Part shown: positions 48,016-58,084 of the stretch, piece after piece
Layout: each line of letters begins with the position of its first letter
Numbering within the stretch: the first letter of the stretch is position 1
Source of the DNA: an uncultured Roseburia sp.
GTDB lineage: Bacteria; Bacillota; Clostridia; Lachnospirales; Lachnospiraceae
Length of the DNA stretch: 64,000 bases
Direction: 5' to 3'
NCBI GenBank assembly: GCA_947088675.1
Contig: CAMUHN010000005.1
Location: forward strand, 1,296-65,295
The notes under the pieces: generated by a model
Told to the model about the DNA's origin: nothing
What the model saw: the letters and a program-made list of their open reading frames with translations, nothing else
Database searches by the model: none
Program-made: the position numbers and the translations under genes

Positions 48016-49836
48016 ATGGTATCCCGCAGAAATTTTTTTACGATCACGCTAATTATGCTTGTTGTCTTTTTTATGTTTCAGATCCCGGAGGTCGCAAAGG
48101 ACAGATGGAACTATTATGATGTAAACAAATATGAGGAGCAGACAAAAACAGAACTGGATCAGAGAAGCGTATACCGGGCGCGTACGGTGGACGCCGATTT
48201 GAACGGGCGCTATATTGTTTATATCGGCTATCGCAGCGACGGGGGCGTTGGCAATGTGGTAAAACAGTGGTGCCTTTACACAAAAAGGTATCTGGAGGTA
48301 TTTCGTTCTGTAAAATTTTATCAGCCGGATGAAAACCGGCTGCCGGAGGCTCTGCTCATTGACTCCAGTTATTTTGACGTGGATACGGAAATGGATAAGC
48401 TGATGGAATTTGTCGACCTTGGCATTTCGCTTGTGTTCTGCAATCTGCCTGCTCCGGAAGTCATAGACGGAAACAATAAGTTAAAAAGGCTGCTTGGGAT
48501 TCATACCGTTATGTCAAAAAGTGCGAAAACCGAGGGGATACGTCTGATGGACGGGTTCCTGCTGGGCGGGCAGAAAGAGTATAAGCTGGAGGAGGGCGTG
48601 GACGAAAAACGACAGGATTTTTTGCTTGAGATGCCGTGGTACTGGGTTTCCTCCGGCACAAGAACTTATATGGCGGCGAGGATGGAGGCGGAATTAAACG
48701 GTTTAAAAAACGAGGCTCTGCCTGCCATTATATGGCGCAACGGCGCGGGGAATGCGCAGGTATTTGCGGTAAACGGAGATTATCTGTCGGATAATACGGG
48801 GATCGGGATTTTGGAAGCAATGATGGCAGAACTAAAAGACTATGATATATATCCGGTGGTAAATGCGAAAAATCTGGTCGTTGTTAATTTCCCGATACTT
48901 GCTTCCGAGAATGAAGCAGAGATGATGAAGCGGTACAGTCAGCCGTTAAAAGCGGTCTGCCGGGATGTGGTCTGGCCGGGGCTGATTGCTGTCGCGCAGA
49001 AAAATTCGATGAAAATGACCTGCATGATTGCGCCGCAGACAAATTATGTGGACAGTGAGGAACCGGAGGAGGAACTGCTTGTCTATTATATGAAGCTGAT
49101 ACGGGAACAGAGCGCGGAGGCGGGAGCGTCCGGCAGCTACAGGGAAGATGTGGATCTGAGACAGAAACTATTGTCCGATACGTCATTTTATCAGGATGTC
49201 ATAGAAAATTATGCGCTCCTTTCACTGTATCAGGGGAATCTGAGTGAGGGAGAATTAACCGGGGCGCTCTCTTCCGATGCGTTTTCGGATGTCAGAGCAG
49301 TATGTACTGATTTTGAGGAGCATAAAGACCTGTTTTCCTATTTTGATTCCAATGTGTTGATGCAGAGCAGTATTAACAACGGGTTCACCCATACGTTTCG
49401 CGAGGATTTCAGGTTAAACAGCGTGGCAAGCGCGCTTGGATATTCGGGTATTCTTCTCGACGGAGATACGGTTGCCTGGCCGAGAGGAAAAGAGGAAACC
49501 TGGGAAAAGCTTTCGGAGAAATTTGCAAGCTATACCAATACATACTGGAATGTGTGCGATAAGTTTGACGGGACGACGCTTGCAGAGAGTGATGCAAGGG
49601 TCCGCAGGTTTCTGGCGCTCAATTATTCGCAGAAGAGGGAAGCAGACAATATCCGTTTAAATATCAGCAATTTTGACAAAGAAGCCTGGTTTATCTTAAG
49701 AACGCATGGCGAGGAGATTACGGAGGCCTGGGGCGCTACGTTTGAAAAGCTGGAGGAAGATGCGTATCTGATTGGCGCAACCGAGAGTGAGGTTGTATTG
49801 AAAATGGAAAAGACGAGCCGGATACGTTTTGACTGA
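48016..49836 (+). CDS. DUF2194 / PelA(DA)-like protein
   Basis: N-terminal TM, LPAIIWR, YPVVN, FTH; located directly before pelF. Confidence 0.6.
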   Translation: MVSRRNFFTITLIMLVVFFMFQIPEVAKDRWNYYDVNKYEEQTKTELDQRSVYRARTVDADLNGRYIVYIGYRSDGGVGNVVKQWCLYTKRYLEVFRSVKFYQPDENRLPEALLIDSSYFDVDTEMDKLMEFVDLGISLVFCNLPAPEVIDGNNKLKRLLGIHTVMSKSAKTEGIRLMDGFLLGGQKEYKLEEGVDEKRQDFLLEMPWYWVSSGTRTYMAARMEAELNGLKNEALPAIIWRNGAGNAQVFAVNGDYLSDNTGIGILEAMMAELKDYDIYPVVNAKNLVVVNFPILASENEAEMMKRYSQPLKAVCRDVVWPGLIAVAQKNSMKMTCMIAPQTNYVDSEEPEEELLVYYMKLIREQSAEAGASGSYREDVDLRQKLLSDTSFYQDVIENYALLSLYQGNLSEGELTGALSSDAFSDVRAVCTDFEEHKDLFSYFDSNVLMQSSINNGFTHTFREDFRLNSVASALGYSGILLDGDTVAWPRGKEETWEKLSEKFASYTNTYWNVCDKFDGTTLAESDARVRRFLALNYSQKREADNIRLNISNFDKEAWFILRTHGEEITEAWGATFEKLEEDAYLIGATESEVVLKMEKTSRIRFD

Positions 49837-49860
49837 TGAGGGGATAGGTGTTTTGTATAC

Positions 49861-51312
49861 ATGTCGGGTTATTTGAAGATCTGTGTTGTGGCAGAGGGAT
49901 GTTATCCATATGTGGTCGGCGGTGTTTCCAGCTGGATACACAGCCTGATGAAATCGTTTCCGGATACGGAATTTGTCCTGTTGTCCATTGTGGCAAACCG
50001 TTCGTATCGAGGGAAATTTGTCTATGAACTTCCCGAAAATCTCACGGAAGTGCATGAGCTGTATCTGGAGGATGACGACTGGGTATACGGGAAAAAGGAT
50101 AAAAAGCGGCTGCGGCTGAATGAAAAGGAATATCAGGCGATGCGCAGCCTCGTCTTAAATCAGGATATCGACTGGCGCACGCTGTTTAAGTTTTTTCAGC
50201 GAAAAGATCTGTCTTTAAATGAACTGCTGATGGGTGAGGATTTTTTCCGAATTATCTCGGATTGTTATAACTTAAATTACAGTCAGGTTGTCTTTTCTGA
50301 TTTTCTGTGGACCATGCGCTCCATTTATCTGCCGTTGTTTCACACGCTTCGAATGGATGTGCCCAAAGCGGACCTGTATCATTGCGTGGCGACCGGATAT
50401 GCGGGCGTGCTTGGGAGTATGGCGCATTACAGGCATGGCAGCAGACTTCTGATTTCCGAACACGGGATTTATACAAGAGAACGGGAGGAAGAGCTGATCA
50501 AGGCGAAATGGGTCAAAGGCATCTACAAAAATATCTGGATTGAGCAGTTTCGAAAGATGTCAAAATTAGCGTACGACAGGGCGGATATTGTCACCAGTCT
50601 TTACGAGCATGCGAGAGAACTGCAGATTGAGCTTGGCTGTCCAAAGGAAAAAACGATGGTAACGCCAAACGGCATCAATATTGAAGGGTTTGATGCGCTG
50701 GCGCCGAAACAGCCGGAGGATGAAAATTTTATCAATATCGGCGCAGTACTGCGTGTGACGCCGATTAAAGACGTAAAGACGATGATCCAGGCATTCGGCT
50801 ATGCGAAAGCGAGACAGCCGAAGATTAAACTGTGGATTATGGGGCCGTACGACGAGGACGAGGAATATGCACAGGAATGCTTCGACCTTGTCGATACGAT
50901 GCATATCAAAGATATTGTGTTTACCGGCAGAATAAATGTCAGAGATTATCTGGGGCGTATGGATATGACAATCTTAACGAGTATCAGTGAAGGACAGCCG
51001 CTGACAATACTCGAAAGCTATGCGGCGAAAAAGCCGGTCATCGCAACGGATGTCGGCAATTGCCGCGGACTGATCTACGGGGAGGGAGACGGATTTGGGG
51101 ATGCGGGGATTTTAACGCATATTATGAATATAGAGGAAATTTCACATGCAATTTTAGAGCTTGCAAACAATTCAGAGCGGCGCACGCGTCTGGGAGAGAA
51201 CGGTTACAGGCGCGTGATGTCCCAATACAAAATTTCGGATATGAAAAAAACGTATGATAAGATTTATACGGATTTTGAGGACGGCCTGGCGAGAAACTGG
51301 GTTTCAACCTAG
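49861..51312 (+). CDS. pelF: GT4 glycosyltransferase PelF
   Basis: EGCYPYVVGGVSSW, TGYAG, SEHGIY.RER, PIKDVKT, SISEGQPL. Confidence 0.9.
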   Translation: MSGYLKICVVAEGCYPYVVGGVSSWIHSLMKSFPDTEFVLLSIVANRSYRGKFVYELPENLTEVHELYLEDDDWVYGKKDKKRLRLNEKEYQAMRSLVLNQDIDWRTLFKFFQRKDLSLNELLMGEDFFRIISDCYNLNYSQVVFSDFLWTMRSIYLPLFHTLRMDVPKADLYHCVATGYAGVLGSMAHYRHGSRLLISEHGIYTREREEELIKAKWVKGIYKNIWIEQFRKMSKLAYDRADIVTSLYEHARELQIELGCPKEKTMVTPNGINIEGFDALAPKQPEDENFINIGAVLRVTPIKDVKTMIQAFGYAKARQPKIKLWIMGPYDEDEEYAQECFDLVDTMHIKDIVFTGRINVRDYLGRMDMTILTSISEGQPLTILESYAAKKPVIATDVGNCRGLIYGEGDGFGDAGILTHIMNIEEISHAILELANNSERRTRLGENGYRRVMSQYKISDMKKTYDKIYTDFEDGLARNWVST

Positions 51313-51371
51313 AAGGTATGGAGCGTCTGTGTCCGAAAGGACAGGGGCAGCGGCAGAAATGGAGAATTAAT

Positions 51372-52847
51372 ATGGCTGGGATTGGTGTAAAACTGAATCA
51401 GATATTTGAAAAAAATACGCTTGTTTCCGCGCTGATCGGATTCGGATACAGTACTGTTGTGACGGTAGCGCCGATGTTTCTTGTAATCGGAGCAATTCTT
51501 CTGATGGGCGGCGTACTTGGGCTCTCCGAGATGGCTTATGCGCCGCGGGAGCTGTTTTCCTGCACGGTGCTCTATATTTTCATATTTTCGCTTGTCACGA
51601 CGGCGCCGTTTAATGCGGTGCTTTCCAGATATATGTCGGATGTGATCTATGAGGAACGATATGAGGATATTCTGCCGTGTTTTTATCTCGGACTCCTGAT
51701 GAATGTTATTTTCAGCTGTCTGCTTGGCATTCCGTTTTGCATCCGCGAGGTGGTTGTGGGGCATTTGGGCATCTTGTATGTGTTTACCGGATTTTGCGGG
51801 TATATTGCGCTTGTGCTTGTTTTTTACGCAATGCTGTATCTTTCGATCTGTAAAGATTATAAAAAGATATCCGCATTTTTTCTGGTCGGCATGGCGGCGG
51901 CGTTTGTCATCTCGCTTTTTCTTGTGCACGTCTGTTCTTTTCCGGTGACGGATGCCATGTTATCGGCGCTTGTGGCAGGGTTTCTTCTGATCGCATGTGA
52001 AGAGATCGCAATCGTCAAACGCTATTTTAAGAAAAACAGCGGCAGATACCGCCCCGTGCTTTCTTATTATAAAAAATACTGGAAGCTTGTGCCGATCAAT
52101 ACGCTTTATATTGTGGGGCTTTATGTACATAATTTCGTATTCTGGACAACGGATTTGAAAATGGTTGTTGCAGACAGTTTTGTCTGTGCTCCGTCCTATG
52201 ATATGGCCAGCTGTATCGCCATGTTTACCAATATATCCGCAACTGTTATTTTGATTTCGAGGCTGGAGATGCATTTTCGCGAGAAGTACAAGGGATACTC
52301 AGAAGCGGTGATTGGCGGCAGGGGTCTCGATATAAGGAATGCGCAGAATCGTATGTTTTCTTCGCTCTCCTCGGAGCTGATGAACCTGGCGCGTATCCAG
52401 TTTATCATATCAGTTGCATTGTTTCTGGCCTGTGTAGTGATACTGCCGCAGTATGGGTTTTCCGGTCTTGTCATGCAGATTTATCCGTGCCTTGCAGTCG
52501 GATATTTTATTCTGTTTTTGATGTACTCGGCCATTATCTTTTTGTATTATTACAACGATCTGTCCGGTGCGCTATTGACAGCAGCTGTCTTTTTTTCAGT
52601 CACGCTTACTGGCAGTATGATTGCGGCGCAGTTATCGGTCAAGTGGTATGGGATCGGGGTTGTCGCAGGCTCCATACTTGGGTGGAGCGTTGCCTATTTC
52701 AGGCTGCGCTGGGTGGAACGTCACCTTGACGTACATATTTTCTGTAACGGAACATTGTTGCAGTCAAAAAAGGGCAGAGCGCTTTCGTCGAAAGTATATG
52801 ACGTGCGGGAACAGAGAAGAGAAGAAAGGATGGGGAAACAACGATGA
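51372..52847 (+). CDS. pelG: Pel exopolysaccharide transporter PelG
   Basis: MAGIG.KL N-terminus, SRY.SD.IY, P.YD, about 12 TM. Confidence 0.85.
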   Translation: MAGIGVKLNQIFEKNTLVSALIGFGYSTVVTVAPMFLVIGAILLMGGVLGLSEMAYAPRELFSCTVLYIFIFSLVTTAPFNAVLSRYMSDVIYEERYEDILPCFYLGLLMNVIFSCLLGIPFCIREVVVGHLGILYVFTGFCGYIALVLVFYAMLYLSICKDYKKISAFFLVGMAAAFVISLFLVHVCSFPVTDAMLSALVAGFLLIACEEIAIVKRYFKKNSGRYRPVLSYYKKYWKLVPINTLYIVGLYVHNFVFWTTDLKMVVADSFVCAPSYDMASCIAMFTNISATVILISRLEMHFREKYKGYSEAVIGGRGLDIRNAQNRMFSSLSSELMNLARIQFIISVALFLACVVILPQYGFSGLVMQIYPCLAVGYFILFLMYSAIIFLYYYNDLSGALLTAAVFFSVTLTGSMIAAQLSVKWYGIGVVAGSILGWSVAYFRLRWVERHLDVHIFCNGTLLQSKKGRALSSKVYDVREQRREERMGKQR

Positions 52848-53227
52848 CGGCGATTATTTTGTGTGTCATAACCGTACTGGAAGGGATTTTGCTGTTGCTT
52901 GTTGATTTCCTCTCCTATGTGTATCAGAAAATTACGGTAGGGATCGGGCTTTGCTGGGGCGGGTTTGCATTAATTTTAATTTTTCTGGGAAGTTTTCCGG
53001 GCCTTTCTGCCTGGAGCAGGTGTATTCCCAAAGAAGCGGTTCCGGCGTTTCTTCTGATCAGTTTTTCAATTCTGTTCAGCGTGTTTTACCTAAGCTGCGC
53101 CGTTTCGCAGCTGCTGCGCAAAAATCAGGAGCTCGCCATGCATGTGTCGCTGTTAAATCAGGAGAACGAGACGCTGCTTGAGATGATGCGTAAAATAAAG
53201 GACAGATTAAGGGAAGCAGACCTATGA
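52844..53227 (+). CDS. DUF2304 family small membrane protein
   Basis: Three TMs followed by S.L..KNQELA..VSLL. Confidence 0.65.
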   Translation: MTAIILCVITVLEGILLLLVDFLSYVYQKITVGIGLCWGGFALILIFLGSFPGLSAWSRCIPKEAVPAFLLISFSILFSVFYLSCAVSQLLRKNQELAMHVSLLNQENETLLEMMRKIKDRLREADL

Positions 53228-54429
53228 AAAAGAAAGTTCTTTTTGTAATCAATACGTTGAGCCGTGCCGGGGCGGAGACAGCAATGCTGGCGCTATTGCG
53301 CGAGCTTTTGCGGGAGCCGGTTGTTATTTCAGTCTATGTGGTTTTGGGACAGGGGGAAATGAGAAAGGATCTGCCAGGGGAGGTTACGGTATTAAACCGA
53401 TCGTACAGCGATACGTCCGTCCTGTCAAAGGAGGGGCGGCGCTGCCTTGGGAAAACGGTGCTGCGCAGTTTTTTCCGGCATGGCGGATGGATACGAAAAT
53501 CAGCATATATTCTGACAAATGCGGTTGATATGGCAAAGCGGGGGAGGCTTTTGCCGGATAAACTGTTTTGGCGAATGATCTCGGACGGCGGAGAGATTTT
53601 TGAGGAGCAGTATGATCTTGCTGTCGCCTATCTTGAGGGGGGAGCGGCGTATTTTACAGCCGATCATGTCAATGCCAAAAAAAAAGCGGCATTTATCCAT
53701 ATCAGTTATACTGATGCAGGATATACCAGGAAACTGGATTTGGACTGTTATGCGGCGTTTGACCGTATTTTTGCTGTTTCGGACGAGGTGCGCGACGATT
53801 TTTTGTCGGTATATCCGCAGTGGAGCGGTAAGACGAAAGTATTTCACAATATGATAGACCGTGCGCACATTGTCGAATATTCAAAGAAAGCGGGCGGTTT
53901 TTCGGATTCATACGAAGGAATCCGGATTCTGACGGTCGGACGTCTGACACATCAGAAAGCGTATGATATTGCAGTCTGTGCGATGAAAAAAATAAAGGAC
54001 GCCGGGATCGACGCGCGCTGGTACGTTCTGGGCGAGGGTGAGGAGCGGGAACGCCTGACAAAACAGATCAGGGAACTCTCACTGGAGCGGGAATTTATTT
54101 TGTGCGGCGCTGTGGAAAATCCGTATCCATATTACAGACAGTGCGATCTTTATATCCATGCGACACGTTTTGAGGGAAAGAGCATTGCCATACAGGAAGC
54201 GCAGTGTTTGGGCTGTCCGATTATCGCGTCGGACTGTCCGGGAAACAGAGAACAGGTCAGAACAGGTAAGGACGGCATTCTCTGTCCGCTGTCGGCCGAC
54301 GGAATCTATAAAGCGGCAGCCGATTTGATCGCGGATGCGGAAAAAAGAAAGCGGCTGGGGGACGCTGCAGGAAAAAGACAGTTATTTCATCCCGACGAAT
54401 TGCAGATGTTACTGGAATTGCTGACCTGA
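53224..54429 (+). CDS. GT4-type glycosyltransferase
   Basis: GAE, VGRL..QK.YD, ENPY.Y, EGKSIAIQEA. Confidence 0.85.
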   Translation: MKKKVLFVINTLSRAGAETAMLALLRELLREPVVISVYVVLGQGEMRKDLPGEVTVLNRSYSDTSVLSKEGRRCLGKTVLRSFFRHGGWIRKSAYILTNAVDMAKRGRLLPDKLFWRMISDGGEIFEEQYDLAVAYLEGGAAYFTADHVNAKKKAAFIHISYTDAGYTRKLDLDCYAAFDRIFAVSDEVRDDFLSVYPQWSGKTKVFHNMIDRAHIVEYSKKAGGFSDSYEGIRILTVGRLTHQKAYDIAVCAMKKIKDAGIDARWYVLGEGEERERLTKQIRELSLEREFILCGAVENPYPYYRQCDLYIHATRFEGKSIAIQEAQCLGCPIIASDCPGNREQVRTGKDGILCPLSADGIYKAAADLIADAEKRKRLGDAAGKRQLFHPDELQMLLELLT

Positions 54430-54503
54430 AAGCGCGTGTGCGCGCAGAGCCAGGCTGCGGCGGGGGTGTTTTTTTATATTTGGATACTGGAGGAGTGAAT
54501 TGT

Positions 54504-55292
54504 ATGGGGGGAAAAGGGCAAAAGGATGTGCTGATTATCATACCGGCATACAATGAGGAGAAAAATATCACGAAAGTACTGGAGAAACTGGAACAGCCCG
54601 AGATACGCAATATTGCAGATGTGCTTGTCATGAATGACGCGTCGAAAGACGCGACAAACTGGATTGTAAAGGGACGGAACCATACGCTTGTGACGCATGT
54701 CTTTAACCTTGGATACGGCAGCGCCTTACAGCTTGGATATAAATATGCGATAAGGCGCAATTATAAATATGTGATACAGATGGATGCGGACGGGCAGCAT
54801 GACGTATGTAATATCCCGACAATTTATGAGGAGTTAAAGCGGGCGGATGAGAGCGGACGATTGCCCGATATCGTGCTCGGATCGCGCTTTATGAAAAAGA
54901 GCGTCGGGTATCCGACGTCTGCCGCAAAGATTTTTGCCTATCGGCTGTTCCGTTTTATGATACGCATTGTGACAAAGCGATATATCCTGGATCCGACAAC
55001 AGGCCTGCAGGGATTAAACAGGAGGACGGTGCTCTACTATTCCCAGTACGGACATTTTGACGATAAGTATCCGGATGCAAATATGATCATGCAGATGTTG
55101 CTGCTGGGCTTTCAGATCCGGGAAATCCCGGCGGTGATGCATCCCCGGACGGACGGCGTCAGCATGCATTCAGGGTTAAAGCCCATTGTGTATATGTTTC
55201 GGATGTGTTTTAGCATATTTGCGGTTGTGTTTCGCATCAGGGTATTAAAATTGGAGACAGAGGAAAAATTGTCAAATGAGCTTTATTCTTAA
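54504..55292 (+). CDS. GT2 glycosyltransferase (polyprenol-phosphate glycosyltransferase-like)
   Basis: IIPAYNEE, NDAS.D, NLGYG, QMDADGQH, GSRF, DPT.G. Confidence 0.85.
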   Translation: MGGKGQKDVLIIIPAYNEEKNITKVLEKLEQPEIRNIADVLVMNDASKDATNWIVKGRNHTLVTHVFNLGYGSALQLGYKYAIRRNYKYVIQMDADGQHDVCNIPTIYEELKRADESGRLPDIVLGSRFMKKSVGYPTSAAKIFAYRLFRFMIRIVTKRYILDPTTGLQGLNRRTVLYYSQYGHFDDKYPDANMIMQMLLLGFQIREIPAVMHPRTDGVSMHSGLKPIVYMFRMCFSIFAVVFRIRVLKLETEEKLSNELYS

Positions 55293-56568
55293 TAAAAAGA
55301 AGTTTACATTTTGTCCGAATCAACTGGAGGAGGGGATTGGCGCTTTGTGCAATCCGTCGCGCGGATGGTATCAGATTCATACCTTTTCGCTGGATGTGCC
55401 GCCGGATTTTGATGAGCTTTACTGGAGCCTTGAAAAAGAGGATGCGATTGTGCTGGCGTTTGTCGGGATTGGCGCCTTTCGCGATACGAATATTCCGGAT
55501 GACGCGCTTGCCCGCCTGTCTGATATTTTAACGTTTCTAAAAGAGCAGGAACGGGAAGTGATTTTGCGCATCGCATACGACAGACTGGGACGCGGCATGG
55601 AGGCCGAGCCTGCATTTTTTGATACGGTGACGGAACATATGCGTCAGCTTGGAGCGGTGATACGGCGGTTCCCCGGCACGGTGCTGGTGGTACAGGGAAT
55701 GCTTCTCGGCAGCTGGGGGGAAATGCACGATTCCAGATTTTTGTCGGCCGTTCGCCTTAAAAAACTGTTTTCGGTGTGGCGTGAGGCGCTCTCGGATGCG
55801 GTTCCGTTTGCAGTGCGAACGCCAAAACAGTGGCGTCTGCTGCATAAGGAGGGGGAAATATCATTTTCTGTCGGTCTGTTTGACGACGGGATGTTCGGAT
55901 CGGACAGCAACCTTGGCACTTATGGGACAATCAGTCGGAAAGAGGCCGGCTGGAGCGCTGCGTGGCGTATGGAGGAGGAGATTGACTTTACAGGAATGGT
56001 CGGGGCGGCGATTCCGTTTGGCGGCGAGGCAGTCAGAGAAACGTGTTCGTCCGGCAGCGGGTCTGCGGCGCATGAAATTTCGCCGGAAGAGACGGTGGAA
56101 CGGCTGCGGCGCACAAATGTCTGTTATTTAAACAGGATTCATGATCCAATACGTTTAAATCAGTGGCGCAAGACAAGGTGGCAGGGGGACGGCGTCTGGA
56201 ACGGGAAAAGCATGTTTGATTATATTGGCGCTCATCTCGGATACCGTTTTCTTGTGACAGCGGCAAAGCCGGGAAGACCGCGTGAGGCAAAACTGCGTGT
56301 CTGTATTGTGAATCAGGGGTTTACTTCGATCAAAGAGGAGACGGAGCTGCTGTTATGTATGGACCGCGGGCAGACAGAGACAGTGGCGCTGCCGTATGAT
56401 CTGAAAGGACTGGCCGGGGGGCAGATGCTGGAAGCAGAAATCGCGCTGCCGAAAGGAGAATATACGGCGAGCCTCAAATTGAGGAGAAAACGTGATCAGC
56501 GGGCGATTTTATTTGCCAACGTTTTGGAAAACGGCGGGGTATTGCTGGGAAAAGTTGCTGTCATTTGA
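55276..56568 (+). CDS. DUF4874/DUF4832 glycoside-hydrolase-like protein
   Basis: NP.RGWY, ILR..YD, G.WGEMH, GLFDDG, GGE, HLGYRF. Confidence 0.7.
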   Translation: MSFILNKKKFTFCPNQLEEGIGALCNPSRGWYQIHTFSLDVPPDFDELYWSLEKEDAIVLAFVGIGAFRDTNIPDDALARLSDILTFLKEQEREVILRIAYDRLGRGMEAEPAFFDTVTEHMRQLGAVIRRFPGTVLVVQGMLLGSWGEMHDSRFLSAVRLKKLFSVWREALSDAVPFAVRTPKQWRLLHKEGEISFSVGLFDDGMFGSDSNLGTYGTISRKEAGWSAAWRMEEEIDFTGMVGAAIPFGGEAVRETCSSGSGSAAHEISPEETVERLRRTNVCYLNRIHDPIRLNQWRKTRWQGDGVWNGKSMFDYIGAHLGYRFLVTAAKPGRPREAKLRVCIVNQGFTSIKEETELLLCMDRGQTETVALPYDLKGLAGGQMLEAEIALPKGEYTASLKLRRKRDQRAILFANVLENGGVLLGKVAVI

Positions 56569-56578
56569 CAACGCAAGG

Positions 56579-58006
56579 TCACTTTGTAACGGTCAGCTCT
56601 CCCAGAAAATAGCCGTATTCTGTGGGCGTTTCCTGATTGGCAAATTCGATTTCCCGGTTCAGCGCAGTATCGGTCAGACTGTAGTAAATGCGAAACGTTC
56701 CGGTTTTGTATGTGCGTATATCGAGCGAAACAGAGAGGGACGAAGTCTCTCCGCCGCCCCAGAGGCGCGCATCATCTGCGGTCTTAATTGTGTCTGTGAC
56801 AGCGCCGTTTTCGTTTACGATGGTAAATGCAGAGACGAGCGGACGGTAACAGCCGGCAAACCCCTGATTTTCTATGGAGAGCATAAGCGTTCCGGGATCC
56901 GGGGAAAACGGATCAAATGTAAAGGTGCATGCGTTCAGCGCATAGCGGTAGCCGAGATGTTCCCCGATGAATGTATAGCCGTCTGCGCCGTAAAAGCAGC
57001 CGTCGTCCTCAAAAGCTTCGTCACGCCATTTGTCAAGGACGGCTTTGTCGTAGCCGTTGTTTAAGTAGGTGACGCGCATTGTTTTCAGGTCTGACCGCGC
57101 GTTTTTAAAATCATTGTATGGATTGGCGACAACAACTTCTCCGCCGTTTGGGACGTAAGCGCAAAGGCTGTTTTGGAACAGAAGCTCCTCTTCCCGTGTT
57201 CCTTTTGCACAAAAATCGGAGGCATTGTCAAGCGAGGTATCGCCATACGTGCCGAGGTCGTTGGCGGAGCCGAGCATTCCGTCGTTGTAAAGGCCGATTC
57301 GCGCGGCGCCCTTGCCGGAGAATGCAAGATTTTCCGAAAGCGGCGCAAAAGTCCTTGCGATCGCACGCCAGTGCGCAGGTGTACGAACGGATAAGAAGAT
57401 CTCGCTGTCAATTACGGAGTCGAGATATGCGGCCAGCTTACACATATTATCCTGTGACAGAAAGGCCGAATTGTTCATTTCTCCGTTGTTTCCGACATAA
57501 ATTCCCTGCATCAGCCAAACGCAGTCTTTGTATCGGTTTACGATTTCCGCGGTCTGTTCCATATGCCGCATGACGGTTTCGATTTCTTTTGGTTCCGATT
57601 CTTTTGCCTGACCGTTCCAATCGTATAAAAAACGCAGAATCAGCTGTTTGCCGGAAGCTTTCCATGTTCGCAGAAGTGAGTCAAGCTGGGCAAGCGCTGT
57701 TTTGCTGATATCGGAGCCGGCATATTCGCGCAGGTTGATCTGCAGCAGGACAAGTTCATTCTCGTCCTGACGTATCGCTTTTTCCAAGATTTGCGCATCG
57801 GGCGGCGCGGCGTCGGACAGCGCGTAGCCGTAGATCTGATACCAGCCGCGCCAGGGATTATGCAGAGTTTTGTCCGATGCGGTAAATTCGGCCGGGTGGT
57901 AATCTGTCCGAAAGTAATAAAGCGTATAAAGCCGGTATGCGGTAAGGAAGCCGGCGGCAAGCAGCAGTACAATGGCGCAAAAGAGAAAGATAGATTTTTT
58001 TTTCAT
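56579..58006 (-). CDS. DUF4874/DUF4832 protein with N-terminal membrane anchor
   Basis: Same motifs as the neighbour (NP.RGWY, GEM, GLYNDG, GGE, HLGYRY). Confidence 0.7.
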   Translation of the reverse strand: MKKKSIFLFCAIVLLLAAGFLTAYRLYTLYYFRTDYHPAEFTASDKTLHNPWRGWYQIYGYALSDAAPPDAQILEKAIRQDENELVLLQINLREYAGSDISKTALAQLDSLLRTWKASGKQLILRFLYDWNGQAKESEPKEIETVMRHMEQTAEIVNRYKDCVWLMQGIYVGNNGEMNNSAFLSQDNMCKLAAYLDSVIDSEIFLSVRTPAHWRAIARTFAPLSENLAFSGKGAARIGLYNDGMLGSANDLGTYGDTSLDNASDFCAKGTREEELLFQNSLCAYVPNGGEVVVANPYNDFKNARSDLKTMRVTYLNNGYDKAVLDKWRDEAFEDDGCFYGADGYTFIGEHLGYRYALNACTFTFDPFSPDPGTLMLSIENQGFAGCYRPLVSAFTIVNENGAVTDTIKTADDARLWGGGETSSLSVSLDIRTYKTGTFRIYYSLTDTALNREIEFANQETPTEYGYFLGELTVTK

Positions 58007-58084
58007 AAGGATCCTCTGTTTTTGATTCGTTTGAGCAGACTGTTATTATTGTAGCACAAAACAGAAAGGTTTGGGAGAGGTAAT

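Noticed and set aside
49832-49860. CTGATGAG hammerhead-like core
   Set aside because: No flanking stems or downstream GAAA; it is simply a stop codon followed by an RBS-like sequence
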